Positions 51,017-62,112 of a DNA stretch of 64,000 bases are shown one piece after another; position 1 is the first letter of the stretch; every line of letters starts with the position of its first letter. Made by a program: the position numbers and the translations under genes. Under the pieces are notes generated by a model. The model ran no database searches, was not told the origin of the DNA, and saw only the letters and a program-made list of their open reading frames with translations. The DNA is from Nitrospirota bacterium (GTDB lineage: Bacteria; Nitrospirota; JACRHJ01): the NCBI GenBank assembly GCA_963733375.1, contig CAVTDB010000006.1, forward strand, positions 1 through 64,000, read 5' to 3'.

Positions 51017-52111
51017 ATGGGTTTCAACTGCGGCATAATCGGCCTCCCGAACGTCGGGAAGTCCACCATATTCAATGCCCTATCAAGCGCCGGGGCGCAG
51101 GCGTCAAATTATCCATTCACCACCATCGACCCGAATGTGGGCATCGTCGAGGTGCCGGACGAGCGGCTTATCAAGCTCAACGGGATGTATCACCCCAAAA
51201 AACTCACGCCTACGACCATCGAGTTCGTGGACATCGCCGGACTGGTCAAGGGCGCAAGCCGAGGCGAGGGCCTGGGCAACAAGTTCCTGGGCAACATCCG
51301 CGAGGTCGACGCTGTCGCCCACGTCGTGCGGTGCTTTCAGGACCCGGACGTGGTGCATGTGGACGGCGATATCGGCCCGAAGCGCGATATCGAGGTAATC
51401 GAAGCGGAACTGATGCTCGCGGACTTAGACGGCGTGGAGAAGCGGCTTTACTCGCGGCAGAAGGTGGCGAAGGGCGGCGACAAGGCGGCGAAGGCCGAAG
51501 TGGAATTGCTGGAGCGCCTTAAAAATATGCTGGAGAAGGGCGAGCCGGTACGGACGGGGAATTTCAACGAGGAAGAACAGGCGCTGGTTAAAAGCTTCTT
51601 TCTCCTTACCGCAAAGCCTATCCTTTATGTCGCGAACGTCTCCGAGGAAGACGTCGAGGGGAAATCGCCGTTGGTTGCCGAGGTCAGGGAAATTGCGAAG
51701 ACCGAGGGCGCGCCGGTGGTGGTGATAAGCGGGAAGACGGAATCGGAAATAGCCGCCCTTGCACCGGAGGAGCGCCCGGAGTTCCTTGAGAGCCTGGGGC
51801 TTAAAGAGCCGGGGTTAAACCGGCTTATCCGCGAGGGATATAACCTGCTCGAACTTATCACGTTCTTTACGGTGGGCGAGGACGAGGTCAAGGCCTGGAC
51901 GGTAAGGAAAGGCTCCAAAGCGCCCCAGGCGGCGGGAAAAATACATTCCGATTTCGAGCGGGGATTTATCCGCGCGGAAGTAATCCACTATAACGACCTG
52001 GTAACCTTGGGCTCCTGGCATGCCGCGAAGGAGAAGGGGGTCCTCCGGCAGGAGGGTAAGGAATACGTCGTCCAGGACGGGGACTGCATGCTGTTCAAGT
52101 TCAACGTCTGA
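51017..52111 (+). CDS. ychF: Redox-regulated ATPase YchF
   Basis: [47 protein letters not shown]. Confidence 0.97.
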   Translation: MGFNCGIIGLPNVGKSTIFNALSSAGAQASNYPFTTIDPNVGIVEVPDERLIKLNGMYHPKKLTPTTIEFVDIAGLVKGASRGEGLGNKFLGNIREVDAVAHVVRCFQDPDVVHVDGDIGPKRDIEVIEAELMLADLDGVEKRLYSRQKVAKGGDKAAKAEVELLERLKNMLEKGEPVRTGNFNEEEQALVKSFFLLTAKPILYVANVSEEDVEGKSPLVAEVREIAKTEGAPVVVISGKTESEIAALAPEERPEFLESLGLKEPGLNRLIREGYNLLELITFFTVGEDEVKAWTVRKGSKAPQAAGKIHSDFERGFIRAEVIHYNDLVTLGSWHAAKEKGVLRQEGKEYVVQDGDCMLFKFNV

Positions 52112-52187
52112 AATAACTTGATTATTTCGCAATTACGTGGTATTAAATACATCTTCTGCCCGCATTGAGGGCGGAAATTAAAGGTCG

Positions 52188-52273
52188 AACTCCTTGCTCC
52201 CGGGGCCGGGCGGTTTAGTTTACGCTAATAAAGCCTGTGCAGGTCCGGGGGCCAAAAAAGTCCAGAAGGAGGT
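52188..52273 (+). promoter_or_regulatory. Putative S6:S18 ribosomal protein leader
   Basis: ACTCCTTGCTCC in the rpsF leader; CTCCTT can pair with the AAGGAG RBS. Confidence 0.55.
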
Positions 52274-52282
52274 AAAAAGCAA

Positions 52283-52729
52283 ATGAATGACTACGAAAGC
52301 ATCTTTATCCTTGCCCCGTCGATCGACGAGGCGGAATCCGAGAAAATCAACCAGAGGATGCAGGAGGTCATTACCGCAAACGGCGGTGAGATAGTCCGCG
52401 TCGAGAAATGGGGTAAGCGCAAGCTCGCGTACCCCGTGCGGAAGCACAAGAAGGGCGAATACGTCCTCTTGCAGTTCAAGGGCGGCGCCCCCGCCGTCTC
52501 CGAGCTCGAACGCAACTATAAAATGACTGATGCGGTAATAAAGTTCCTCACCATCAAACTCGATAAAGAAGCGCTGGCGCACTTGGCAAGGCAGCTTCAG
52601 GCCCAGCAGAAAGCCGAGGCGACCGCCGAGGCCGCCAGGGTCGAAGAGAGCCGCAAGGCGGAAGAACCGGCATCCGAAGCGGTATCTGGCGAAACTCCGG
52701 AAATCCCGGAGAGCGCATCCGGCGAGTAA
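52283..52729 (+). CDS. rpsF: 30S ribosomal protein S6
   Basis: YESIFIL.P, WGKRKLAYP. Confidence 0.96.
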   Translation: MNDYESIFILAPSIDEAESEKINQRMQEVITANGGEIVRVEKWGKRKLAYPVRKHKKGEYVLLQFKGGAPAVSELERNYKMTDAVIKFLTIKLDKEALAHLARQLQAQQKAEATAEAARVEESRKAEEPASEAVSGETPEIPESASGE

Positions 52730-52821
52730 TAACAGCGCCCGCCACAAAGCCGTGGACGCATTCCCGGCGCGCTGACCGTCCGGGGCGGCAAATAAAACAG
52801 GGCAGTAAAAAAAGGAAACCG

Positions 52822-53205
52822 ATGGCAAGCTTCAACCGAGTAATTCTGATGGGCAACCTTACGCGCGACCCGGAACTTCGGTACAACCCGAACGGGACGC
52901 CGGTGGCGAACTTCGGCATCGCCGTCAACCGCAAATACCGCCAGGGCGAGGAGCTGAAGGAAGAAGTAAGCTTCTTCGACATCGTGGTCTTCGGCAAACA
53001 GGCCGAGAACTGCGGCCAGTACCTGGGGAAGGGCAATTCGGTGCTGGTGGACGGAAGGCTGCAGCAGAGGCGGTGGGAGGATAAGGACGGCCAGAAGCGG
53101 AACAAGGTGGAAGTGGTCGCGGAAAACATCACTTTCATGCCCAAGCAAAAGCCCCAGGACGAGACCGCCGGAGGGCCAGTGGACGAAGGGGACATACCTT
53201 TCTAA
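52822..53205 (+). CDS. ssb: Single-stranded DNA-binding protein
   Basis: NRVILMGNLTRDPELRY, DGRLQ, C-terminal DIPF. Confidence 0.97.
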   Translation: MASFNRVILMGNLTRDPELRYNPNGTPVANFGIAVNRKYRQGEELKEEVSFFDIVVFGKQAENCGQYLGKGNSVLVDGRLQQRRWEDKDGQKRNKVEVVAENITFMPKQKPQDETAGGPVDEGDIPF

Positions 53206-53214
53206 GGAGAAAAG

Positions 53215-53451
53215 ATGCAGGAGAAGAAAAAACGTTTTCAAAGGAAGAAAGTCTGCCATTTCTGCGCGGATAAAATTCCTTTTATCGATTACAAGGACAC
53301 AAAGACTTTAAGAAGCTTCGTGACCGACCGGGGCAAGATAGTCCCACGCAGGATATCCGGCAGCTGTGCCAAACACCAGCGGGAATTGGCCACGGCCATA
53401 AAGAGGTCCAGGAACATTGCTCTTCTGCCCTTCGTGGGCGAGAGATTCTAG
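53215..53451 (+). CDS. rpsR: 30S ribosomal protein S18 (Zn-binding C+ type)
   Basis: CHFC, IDYKD, GKIVPRR, CAKHQR. Confidence 0.97.
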   Translation: MQEKKKRFQRKKVCHFCADKIPFIDYKDTKTLRSFVTDRGKIVPRRISGSCAKHQRELATAIKRSRNIALLPFVGERF

Positions 53452-53494
53452 TGGCTTGGGGGCCGGGTTTTTTCCGGCCCCCTCCAAACTTACC

Positions 53495-54431
53495 TTGCAG
53501 CATCCTTTCCATACAAGACTTAAAGGCCCCGCAGGCCCGGCGCTTATCGCGCTGGCCCTGACCGCGGCTTTTATATTCGTTCCGCTCCTTGGCTCCCTGA
53601 CAGTCTTCATCCTGCCCGCGCCTCTCGCATACGCATATTACCGGCATGGCCAGGCCTCGTTTACCGTCACCTCCTTAATCGTCCTGGTGCTTGCCAGCAT
53701 CTGGGGCTTCCCGGTGCTGACCTCGATGTTCCTTGGCCTTTGCCTGTGCGGACTGGCGCTGGGGAAGGCCGCGGCGAAAAAGATGACGGACGACAAGGCA
53801 GTCTTCTGGGGGACGGTGGCGCCTCTCATCGTCCTCATCCCGTTGGCGGCCGCATATTTCGCGGTAGTCGAGGTTAATCCTATCCAGCTTTTGGCAAAGA
53901 TAATAGACGAAGGAGTAAAACAGTCCCAGGATATTTATAAACAAATGGGCATGTCCCAGGCCAACATCGACATGATGATGCCATCCCTCAAGAGGATGGC
54001 GCAGATGATAAAAGATTATTTTCCCGCCTTGACTATCGCAAGTGCGGCGGCGACGAGCTTTACAGCCTGGGTAATTTTCAAGAAGTACGCCCTGAAGAGC
54101 GGCGCACAGTTCGCCGAATGGGATTTTGCCAAATGGCAGGCTCCCGGACCACCTTGTCTGGGGAATAATTGTTCCGGGCTTCCTGATGATACCGGACGTG
54201 CCCGTCCTCCGGATAATCTCTGGAAACCTGCTGTTTGTGTTCGCGATACCTTACGTCTTCCTGGGGATAGCGCTCTTAGTGCATATGTTCGATAAATACC
54301 GCCTCTCACCGTTTCTTCGCATCCTGATGTTCGTCGTCATCGCATTCCAGCCAATACTGGCGGTGCTATTATGGACGGCTGGATTCTTCGATACCTGGGC
54401 GGACTTCAGGAAAATCAGAATCAAAAAATAG
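53495..54431 (+). CDS. YybS/DUF2232 family membrane protein (start approximate, frameshift near 54140)
   Basis: Multi-TM protein after rpsR; W.LPDHLVW, GFFDTWADFRK. Confidence 0.8.
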
Positions 54432-54604
54432 AAAACTGTTGCGTTAATGATACGGGATGTCCCGGTTTTTGTGGAAAAATTGCCACAGTTGTACCCTCCA
54501 CGCCACATAATTTTAATCCATTCAGGTAATTTTGATAATGGAAATACGCATTTTATGCTTAAACTATAGGCGTTTCGGGCCCATGCGCCAGTCCAGGAAT
54601 TTAA

Positions 54605-54686
54605 TGGCACTAAATTTGCAACTTCAAATAGAGTAAGGGGATTCCGGGAAAAATTGCTTGACAAGAAAAAAAACGAATGATATATT
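54605..54686 (+). promoter_or_regulatory. Tandem sigma54 and sigma70 promoters upstream of the porin
   Basis: TGGCACTAAATTTGCA (54605-54620); TTGACA-17 bp-TATATT with TG extension (54658-54686). Confidence 0.65.
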
Positions 54687-54890
54687 CCCGGCATCGTGGA
54701 TTAAGCTTTTTTAATACTATTATTGGAGGTGGGGGGGAGTCGATTTCATAGTCTTATTCTTAAAATTCTGCAGGAAAGGAGGGGAGGATCTAAACATACC
54801 AGCGCGTTTCATCCGATTCAAGCTGCACCGAGAAGTTTAGATGCATCATAGAATAAGCGGCAGGATTTTTCATAAGGGAGGAAAAATAAG

Positions 54891-56431
54891 ATGAAGAAAT
54901 TAGTTTTAGTTTTGGCCATCGGCGCCATGATAATGGGCTTTGCCTCCATGGCGGCGGCGGAAGTGACGGTCGGCGGCAACGCCGAAATCCGTTACGACCT
55001 TTGGAAGAACATCAACCTTAACACCGGCGCTTCGACCTCACAGACCACCAACTTCTTTGACGAGAGGGTGATGGTAAACGTCGACGCCAAAATAGCCGAA
55101 GGCCTTGAGGGCTTCGTCGAGTTCGACACCGACAACCAAAACTGGGGCCAGCCCAATGATGGGTTTGCTTCCAATGTCCCAACCTACCTGAATCACCAGT
55201 TCGGCAGCACCGGCGGCGTCCAGGGTGCCGCAATCAACATCCGCCAGGCGTGGATTAACGCCATGGTCCCGGGCATCCCGGTCGGCGTGAAGATAGGCCA
55301 CCAGCCGTTAGCGCTGGGCCACGGCATCTGGCTTGATACACACAGGTACGGATCAGACGCGATACTCGTATATTCCAAGCCCATGCCGGCCCTGCTCATC
55401 GCGGGCGCGTATGTCCAGATGTCCCAGAGCGGGCCGACTCACTTGACGAAATGAACAACGGCGCGTTCAGCAGGATTCGCGCTCGTCTGGGCGGCATCAC
55501 CCTCGACCTCGGTCAGGATAACGCCATACGAGCACAGCGGCGCGAATGCATATGCCGCACTGGCCAATTTCACCTGGATGGAGAACAACACCATCGGCTT
55601 CAACGGCACCTACGTCCGTGACAATGGCTCGCTTAACGGCGTAACGCTTAATGGGCAGCGACCACAGGATATGGGCGACCAACGCCGCAATCGTAGCGGA
55701 CGGCACCATCGCCGGCCTTACCTACAAGGGCGAGCTCGACTGGCTGCACACCGACACCGAGAACATATTCATCGACGGCCCCGAACTCAGCTACATAGTC
55801 AACGGCTATGCCGGTATGCTGGGCGCGAACATGAACGTCATGAACGTGGCGAACGTCGGCGCGGAAGTCGCATACGGCACAGGTAACTCCGCCGGCGAGC
55901 CGCAGATATTCTACAATCCGGGCGGCGCGAGCCTCGGGCGGCAGCAGGCACCAGGACCACGCGTATTACACCCCGTACAACAGCACGTCCTACAACTACG
56001 CGTTCCTGTATAACGACAAGATCGGCCAGGGCCCGCTCGGCTCCGGCGGCGGCTTCGGGTTCGGCGACGGTTACGGCGGTTTCGGCCTTGCCAACACCGG
56101 CTACATAAAGGTATCCGCCGGCTTTACCCCGACCGACAAGATGAAGATCGGTATCGACGGCCTTTACTTAAGGGCCTCCGAGTCGATGCTCCCGGGCCAG
56201 TCCCGCGACCTCGGCTGGGAAGTTGACGGCAACGTTGGCTACAAGCTCTATGACAACCTGAGCCTCGACGTGACCGGCGGCGTGTTCGTTCCGGGCGCGT
56301 GGTATGCCTTCCAGGGCCATGCTCCTGTTATTGCCAATGCGGCTATCCTCACCGACCCGACTGATTCTTCCAGCCCGGTCAAGAGGAACGTCGCTTGGGG
56401 CATGGAGACCAAGCTCAGCATGAAGTTCTAA
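54891..56431 (+). CDS. Outer-membrane beta-barrel/porin-like protein (several frameshifts)
   Basis: Signal peptide, amphipathic strands (IRQAWI, VKIGHQP, DLGWEVD), C-terminal beta-signal ending in F. Confidence 0.8.
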
Positions 56432-56452
56432 GACTGCCGCACTATGGCAATC

Positions 56453-56482
56453 AAAACCCGGCCCTTTTGGGCCGGGTTTTTT
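56453..56482 (+). terminator. Rho-independent terminator after the porin
   Basis: AAAACCCGGCCC-TTTT-GGGCCGGGTTTTTT. Confidence 0.85.
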
Positions 56483-56486
56483 TATG

Positions 56487-56608
56487 CCCTCACCCCCTGC
56501 CCCTCTGCCCGGAAGGCGAGGGGTTAAGGAACGCTATTATTGCAAAGCGAAAAAACTGCCTTCCTTCCCTCCCCCCTCTTAAGATAAGAGGGGGTTAGGG
56601 GGAGTTAT
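56487..56608. repeat. Cluster of REP-like palindromes
   Basis: CCCTCACCCCC..CCCTCTGCCC..GGCGAGGGG and CCCCCTCTTA-AGA-TAAGAGGGGG; shares segments with 43223-43390. Confidence 0.65.
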
Positions 56609-56625
56609 GAGGTTATAATATTGAT

Positions 56626-58133
56626 ATGATCATCACCTTCGAACACCCTATCCTGCGCGCCCTTTCGGCCCTCCCGCATTTCCGCGGCGCATATCTTGTC
56701 GGCGGTGCGGTGCGCGACCTGATCATGTCGCGTGATATCTCCGATATCGACGTCGTCGTCCCGGTAAATCCGGAAGAGGCATGCCGGGAGGCGGCCGCCG
56801 CGTTAAACGGCACGGCATTCGTCCTCGACAAAGAGAGGGGCGTATGGCGCGCCACGCTGCCCAAGGGCGCCCAGGTGGATATATCGAGAAGTCTATTCGG
56901 GCAAAAAATCCTCCCATCTCGGGCGCATCGCATCTTTTCATCTTCGGAGCCGCCGGCTCCATAAGGATGCCGCAGGTGGGGAGGGGGTCAACACGCCATC
57001 CTTCTCCCGCAATATTCAATGACCTCTCCGCGAGGGATTTCACCATTGATGCGATGGCGCTGCCTTTTCCGGATGGCGGGAGTGTATTAGACCCCTTCGG
57101 GGGTGCTGAAGACATCGGGAAAAAGTTGATCAGGGCACTTTCGAAAAGTGCTTTATCGGACGACCCGCTTCGTCTGATGAGGGCCTTCAGGCTCGCGCGG
57201 CAGCTTGATTTTCATATCGACGAGGAGACGCTTCAAGCTGTCCGGGAACTATCTCCGCTGATTAGCGGCATATCTCCGGAGCGTGTCCGGGATGAGCTGT
57301 ACCTTCTGCTTGAGGGGACGGATTCCCACCAGCCTTTCCGTGCGATGGCCGAAGCCGGACTCTTGGAGCACGTCCTGCCGGAGACAAAGCCCATGCGCGG
57401 ACTGCCGCAGGGGGAGGCGCACCAATACGATCTCCTGGTGCATTCTCTCAAGGCGATGGAGTTTGCCGAGGACGTGATGTTCTATCCGGAAGAATATTTT
57501 GGCGTCAGGGCGCCGGAGGTATCCAGGTATCTGAGTGAGCGGGCCGACGGCCGGCTAACGATGCGGGGGCTAATCAAACTCGCCGCGCTCCTGCACGATT
57601 CCGGGAAACCATGCGCCATGAGCCGGGAGGCGGAGGGGGGCAGGATAAGGTTTACCGGGCACGACCTGAAGGGGGCGGAGCTAAACGAAACGGCGGCGGC
57701 GCGGCTGAAGCTGTCGTCAAAGGCGAAGGAATTGCTTTCGCTGACTGCAAGGCACCACATGAGGCCGCTCCACATGACAAAGGAGCGCATTACGCGCCAC
57801 GCGATGTACAGGTACGTGCGGGACATGGATGGGCATCTGCCCGCCTCGCTGATCATTGCGCTCGCGGACGCATTCGCGACCAGAGAAAAGCCGGAGTCGG
57901 TATCCACGGACGTGGAGGGCGTGGCGCTGAAATTATCGGAATATTATTACGGAGAGTTCCTTAGCCAGGAGGAAGCGCCGCTTCTGAAAGGCCGCGACCT
58001 GATAAGCGAGTTTAAATTAAAACCGGGGCCGGTATTTGCCAAACTTTTAAATGAGGTCCGGGAGAAGAGGGCGGAAGGGAAAATCGGTACGCGGGAGGAG
58101 GCGCTGGAGTACGTGAGAGAAAAGCTGAAGTAA
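56626..58133 (+). CDS. tRNA nucleotidyltransferase/poly(A) polymerase family protein with HD domain (frameshifted)
   Basis: YLVGGAVRD, DIDV, RDFTIDAMA, DPFGG..D, DDPLRLMRAFR, ISPER, LLHDSGK. Confidence 0.88.
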
Positions 58134-58144
58134 CGCCGCCTCTG

Positions 58145-59974
58145 TTATGACCTTATCCTCTCCATCAACGTGCGCGACAGCCTGTTCTTCTCGAAATACT
58201 CGCGCTCCAGGTCCTCCACGTAAAAACGGTCCAGGCCCGAGTTCTCAAGGAAATCAGTCCGCAGTTTCGCGTTGCTCCCGGCTATTATCACTGGCAGGAG
58301 GTTGTGGAGGTAGAAAGCCTCTTTACGGATATTAATCACCGCGTCCCTGAAGACCTTCTCGTTTGCGGCGGCGTTTATCAGCCGCGAGTCCAGCATCTCC
58401 TTCCAGACTTCCGAGATGAACTGGTCCTGCGAATCTCTGTCCGACAGGTCACTGTAGAAATTTTTGATCTTGTCCTTCATAAACAGATGGATTGCGGTAT
58501 AGCTTTTTTCTTCCGCTATAATGAAGTTCAGGTCCTCGATTACGTCCTTTACGGAGGAATCCCCTTTTTCAATCGACGAGAGGCCGTGGAACAGGATATT
58601 GGATTTTTTGCGGCCGTAGGACGTGAGATATCTGTTCTTCTGCATGTCATCGAAGAAGAGTTCGCGGAAAAGCCCCGCCTTTACTTCCTCGAAGGCCTTT
58701 TTGTTCCCCAGCAGGCTCCGGATATTCTCTTCCGTGACCAAAGCGTCTTCCATGAAAGATATCCTGCTCATCATGGCGTAAGTGGTGTCAAACCTGTCGA
58801 AGTAGGTAACGATGCGCCCGAAGCTCTCAAGCAGGTCCATGTTGTCGGAACCTATCGAGCGCTCATCCGCCATGCGGCAGGTCTCAAGCAGAAGTTCCTC
58901 GAAAGAGTTGTCCCGGTTCAGTATCGCCTGGCGCTTGGCGCGGAGAAGCTTCACCAGGTCCTCCGAGTCCACATGCTTCTCCGCGTGCCCCTTAAGGAAT
59001 AGCCCCTCGAATATCGCGCGGGATTCCCGCATATACTCCGGCTCGTCCACCTCTTTTATCTTCTTGCCCTTCAGGAGCAGTTCATCCAAGGTATCGAACA
59101 GGTTCAGGGGAATCCTGTTTCGCAGAGAGAGCGTCCGAAGCCGGGCCAATTTAGCCATGTCCGTCGCGTCTATCTCGCTTTTGTGCGTGCAGCCTACCAG
59201 CACCCCTTTATACTCATCCACGATCCGTTTGTTTTCCGGGTGCTTGTACATCGAGTCTATTCTTATTCTTTCCTGCTGGTAGCGGTCCATCTCGTACAGG
59301 GACGCCAGCGCCTTAAGCTTCGCCGCCCCATCCTCGTCTATGGTCCTGTTCTTGTGGTAGACCTCACGGAAGAGCTTCTGATAATCATGGTGCTGCAGGT
59401 GCACCAGCCTGATGAGGAACAGGATGCTCTTCGTCTCCTTCAGCTCCAGAAAAAGCTCCCGGACAAGAACAGCGTCGTCTCCTTCGCCTGTCTTGGATGT
59501 ATGCTTCAGGTATTTACCGACCTTGCGGAGTATCTCTTCCTGGCGAAGTTTAGGCGTTATGTTTTTATCCGAATGGACGAAGAAGTAGTAGTTGCTGACG
59601 GCGTTGCCGTCCATGAACACCCGGTCGAAGCCCTCTTCGCCGTAGTTCATGTCTGTAAAGGCTATCCCGCCTTCGGGTGAATAGACCGCGCCGTACATTA
59701 CCAGACGGTTAAGGACGTCGCGCTTTACAAGGTCCTTAATCGGCAGGTCTACGCCGAACATATACTCGCAGAAGCTCCCGCCGCATGCGTGGTAGGATAT
59801 GCCGTCCGGGGTGATGGAGAATTCATTGCCGGAATAGAAGAAGCGTACGAACGTGCCTTTTTTTGTCTCTCCCGTCTCGTGGAAATACCTGTTCACCACG
59901 TCCGGGCCGGCTACGGTCGCGTAATATTCTATCCGGTCGTTAATCCTGCCGTGAAGCCTTATGTCCTGTATCAT
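58145..59974 (-). CDS. TIGR04442-like conserved hypothetical protein
   Basis: 609 aa starting MIQDIRLHG, GGSFCEYMFG, YQQERIRID, FLENSGLDRFYVE; family recognised from memory, not searched. Confidence 0.7.
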   Translation of the reverse strand: MIQDIRLHGRINDRIEYYATVAGPDVVNRYFHETGETKKGTFVRFFYSGNEFSITPDGISYHACGGSFCEYMFGVDLPIKDLVKRDVLNRLVMYGAVYSPEGGIAFTDMNYGEEGFDRVFMDGNAVSNYYFFVHSDKNITPKLRQEEILRKVGKYLKHTSKTGEGDDAVLVRELFLELKETKSILFLIRLVHLQHHDYQKLFREVYHKNRTIDEDGAAKLKALASLYEMDRYQQERIRIDSMYKHPENKRIVDEYKGVLVGCTHKSEIDATDMAKLARLRTLSLRNRIPLNLFDTLDELLLKGKKIKEVDEPEYMRESRAIFEGLFLKGHAEKHVDSEDLVKLLRAKRQAILNRDNSFEELLLETCRMADERSIGSDNMDLLESFGRIVTYFDRFDTTYAMMSRISFMEDALVTEENIRSLLGNKKAFEEVKAGLFRELFFDDMQKNRYLTSYGRKKSNILFHGLSSIEKGDSSVKDVIEDLNFIIAEEKSYTAIHLFMKDKIKNFYSDLSDRDSQDQFISEVWKEMLDSRLINAAANEKVFRDAVINIRKEAFYLHNLLPVIIAGSNAKLRTDFLENSGLDRFYVEDLEREYFEKNRLSRTLMERIRS

Positions 59975-60114
59975 TCTCCCGGATTATAACATGCCGGAAT
60001 AGTTAGATTCAAAAGAAAAAACGTAATGCCCGGCCCGGTATCCCTCTGAAGTATTAAATCTGTAATAAGAAACTGCATTCTGCTATAATCTTTACTATAA
60101 AGGAGACTATCCGC

Positions 60115-61221
60115 ATGATAATCGGGATTTTGAAAGAGATAAAAGACAAGGAGTTCCGCGTGGGCATGGTCCCGTCCGGCGTGCGGGAGTTGACGCTTGC
60201 CGGACACAGGGTGATCGTCCAGCGGGGCGCGGGGGAAGGAAGCGGCATCTCGGACGCCGAATATGACAGGGCCGGGGCGGCCCTCGCAGGCTCGGCCAGG
60301 GTGGTCTATGCCAAGGCGGAGCTTATCGTAAAGGTAAAGGAACCCCTGCCGCGGGAATACCCCATGCTCCGGGAAGGCCAGATAATATTTACTTTCCTGC
60401 ACCTCGCTGCGGACAAGGGGCTTACGGAGGCCCTGCTGAAGCGCGGCATCATAGGTATTGCATACGAGACCATCCAGAGGACAGACGGCTCGCTCCCGCT
60501 CCTTATGCCGATGAGCCAGGTGGCGGGCAGGCTGTCAATCCAGATGGGGGCGACGTACCTCCAGGAGAATAACGGCGGACGGGGGATACTCCTCGGCGGA
60601 GTGCCGGGAGTGAAGCCCGCACGGGTCGTGGTTATCGGCGCGGGCACGGTGGGCCTGAACGCGGCCAAGATCGCGCATGGGATGGGGGCGGAGGTAACGC
60701 TCCTGGACCTCTCCGTGGACCGGCTCGATTATGCCGAGGATATTTTCCACGGCACGATAAGGACCCTCGTTTCAAACCGTCAGGTGCTGGAGGATTCCCT
60801 TGCCGGGGCGGACCTGGTTGTCGGGGCGGTGCTGGTGGCTGGGGCCAGGGCGCCGAAACTGGCAGGCCGGAAAGCGATATCCAGAATGAAGAGAGGGTCC
60901 GTCATAGTGGACGTATCGATAGACCAGGGAGGGTGTTTCGAGACCTCCCGGCCGACGAGTTTTACCGACCCCGTATATGTCGTGGACGGCGTGATACATT
61001 ATTGCGTAACGAATATGCCGGGGGCGGTGCCGACGACGTCAACATTCGCGCTGACGAACGTTACGCTCCCGTATGCGATGAAGATTGCAAATATGGGGGT
61101 GGAAGGGGCGCTCAGGTCGGACCCGGCGCTGATGCTGGGATTAAACCTCTGGAAGGGAAACCTTACTTCGAAACCCGTCGCGGAGTCATTCGATATGAAA
61201 TGCCGGGAGCCGGAGTTTTAG
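60115..61221 (+). CDS. ald: Alanine dehydrogenase
   Basis: KEIK..EFRV, KVKEP, FTFLHLA, PMSQVAGR, LLGGVPGV, IDQGGCFET, NMPGAVP. Confidence 0.96.
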   Translation: MIIGILKEIKDKEFRVGMVPSGVRELTLAGHRVIVQRGAGEGSGISDAEYDRAGAALAGSARVVYAKAELIVKVKEPLPREYPMLREGQIIFTFLHLAADKGLTEALLKRGIIGIAYETIQRTDGSLPLLMPMSQVAGRLSIQMGATYLQENNGGRGILLGGVPGVKPARVVVIGAGTVGLNAAKIAHGMGAEVTLLDLSVDRLDYAEDIFHGTIRTLVSNRQVLEDSLAGADLVVGAVLVAGARAPKLAGRKAISRMKRGSVIVDVSIDQGGCFETSRPTSFTDPVYVVDGVIHYCVTNMPGAVPTTSTFALTNVTLPYAMKIANMGVEGALRSDPALMLGLNLWKGNLTSKPVAESFDMKCREPEF

Positions 61222-61272
61222 GGCGCGCCTTGAATCACCCTCAGTCCGGCCCCTCATGCTGCGGCATCTCTT

Positions 61273-62112
61273 TCATTTTATTTTCATGGAGAGATCCGCC
61301 GCCTTGGCGGAGTGGGTCAGCGCGCCGACGGAAATAAAGTCCACTCCGGTCTTGGCGACTTCTCCGACGCGCTCCAGGGTCATGTTCCCGGACGCCTCTA
61401 TCAGCGCGCGGCCCGCTATCTCTTTCACCGCGGCCTTCATCGCCTTAATGTCCATATTGTCCAGCATTAATATGTCCGCCCCGTTAGCCAACGCCTCGCG
61501 CACGTCCGAAATGCTCTCGCATTCCACCTCTACCATCAGGGTATGCGGGATCTTTAACCTCGCTGACTCCACGGCCTCTTTTATCCCGCCCGCCGCCTTT
61601 ATATGGTTATCCTTTATCAGGAGGCCGTCGAACAGCCCGAAGCGGTGGTTCTTCCCGCCGCCCACGGTCACGGCGTATTTCTCAAGTACGCGAAGTCCGG
61701 GAGTGGTCTTGCGGGTATCGAGTATCTGCGCCTTCGTGCCCGACACGGCCTGCACGAACTGAGAGGTCAGAGCCGCTATCCCGCACATCCGCTGGAGCAG
61801 GTTCAGCGCCACCCGCTCGCCCGTGAGAAGGATATGGAGCGGCCCCACGAGTTCCGCGATGACCTCGCCCTTTTTTATTACGTCCCCGTCGGCGAACCCG
61901 GTGGAGAAATCCACCGATCTCTCAAGGTAGAGAAATGTTTCCAGAAAAACCTCAAGGCCCGCGAGTACGGTATCTTCTTTAGCTATGACGGCGGCGACAC
62001 CCTCTTTGTCCGGGTCCACGGTGGCAAATGTCGTGATATCACCGCCCGGCCCGAGGTCCTCCGCCAATGCGCGTTTTATTATCTCCCGTACGTCTTTTTC
62101 GTGCAGGTTCAT
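61273..62112 (-). CDS. nadC: Nicotinate-nucleotide diphosphorylase (carboxylating)
   Basis: ED...GDITT, ERVALN, DTRKTTPG, NHRFGL, IKDNH, MLDN, ASGN, SVGALTHS. Confidence 0.96.
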   Translation of the reverse strand: MNLHEKDVREIIKRALAEDLGPGGDITTFATVDPDKEGVAAVIAKEDTVLAGLEVFLETFLYLERSVDFSTGFADGDVIKKGEVIAELVGPLHILLTGERVALNLLQRMCGIAALTSQFVQAVSGTKAQILDTRKTTPGLRVLEKYAVTVGGGKNHRFGLFDGLLIKDNHIKAAGGIKEAVESARLKIPHTLMVEVECESISDVREALANGADILMLDNMDIKAMKAAVKEIAGRALIEASGNMTLERVGEVAKTGVDFISVGALTHSAKAADLSMKIK

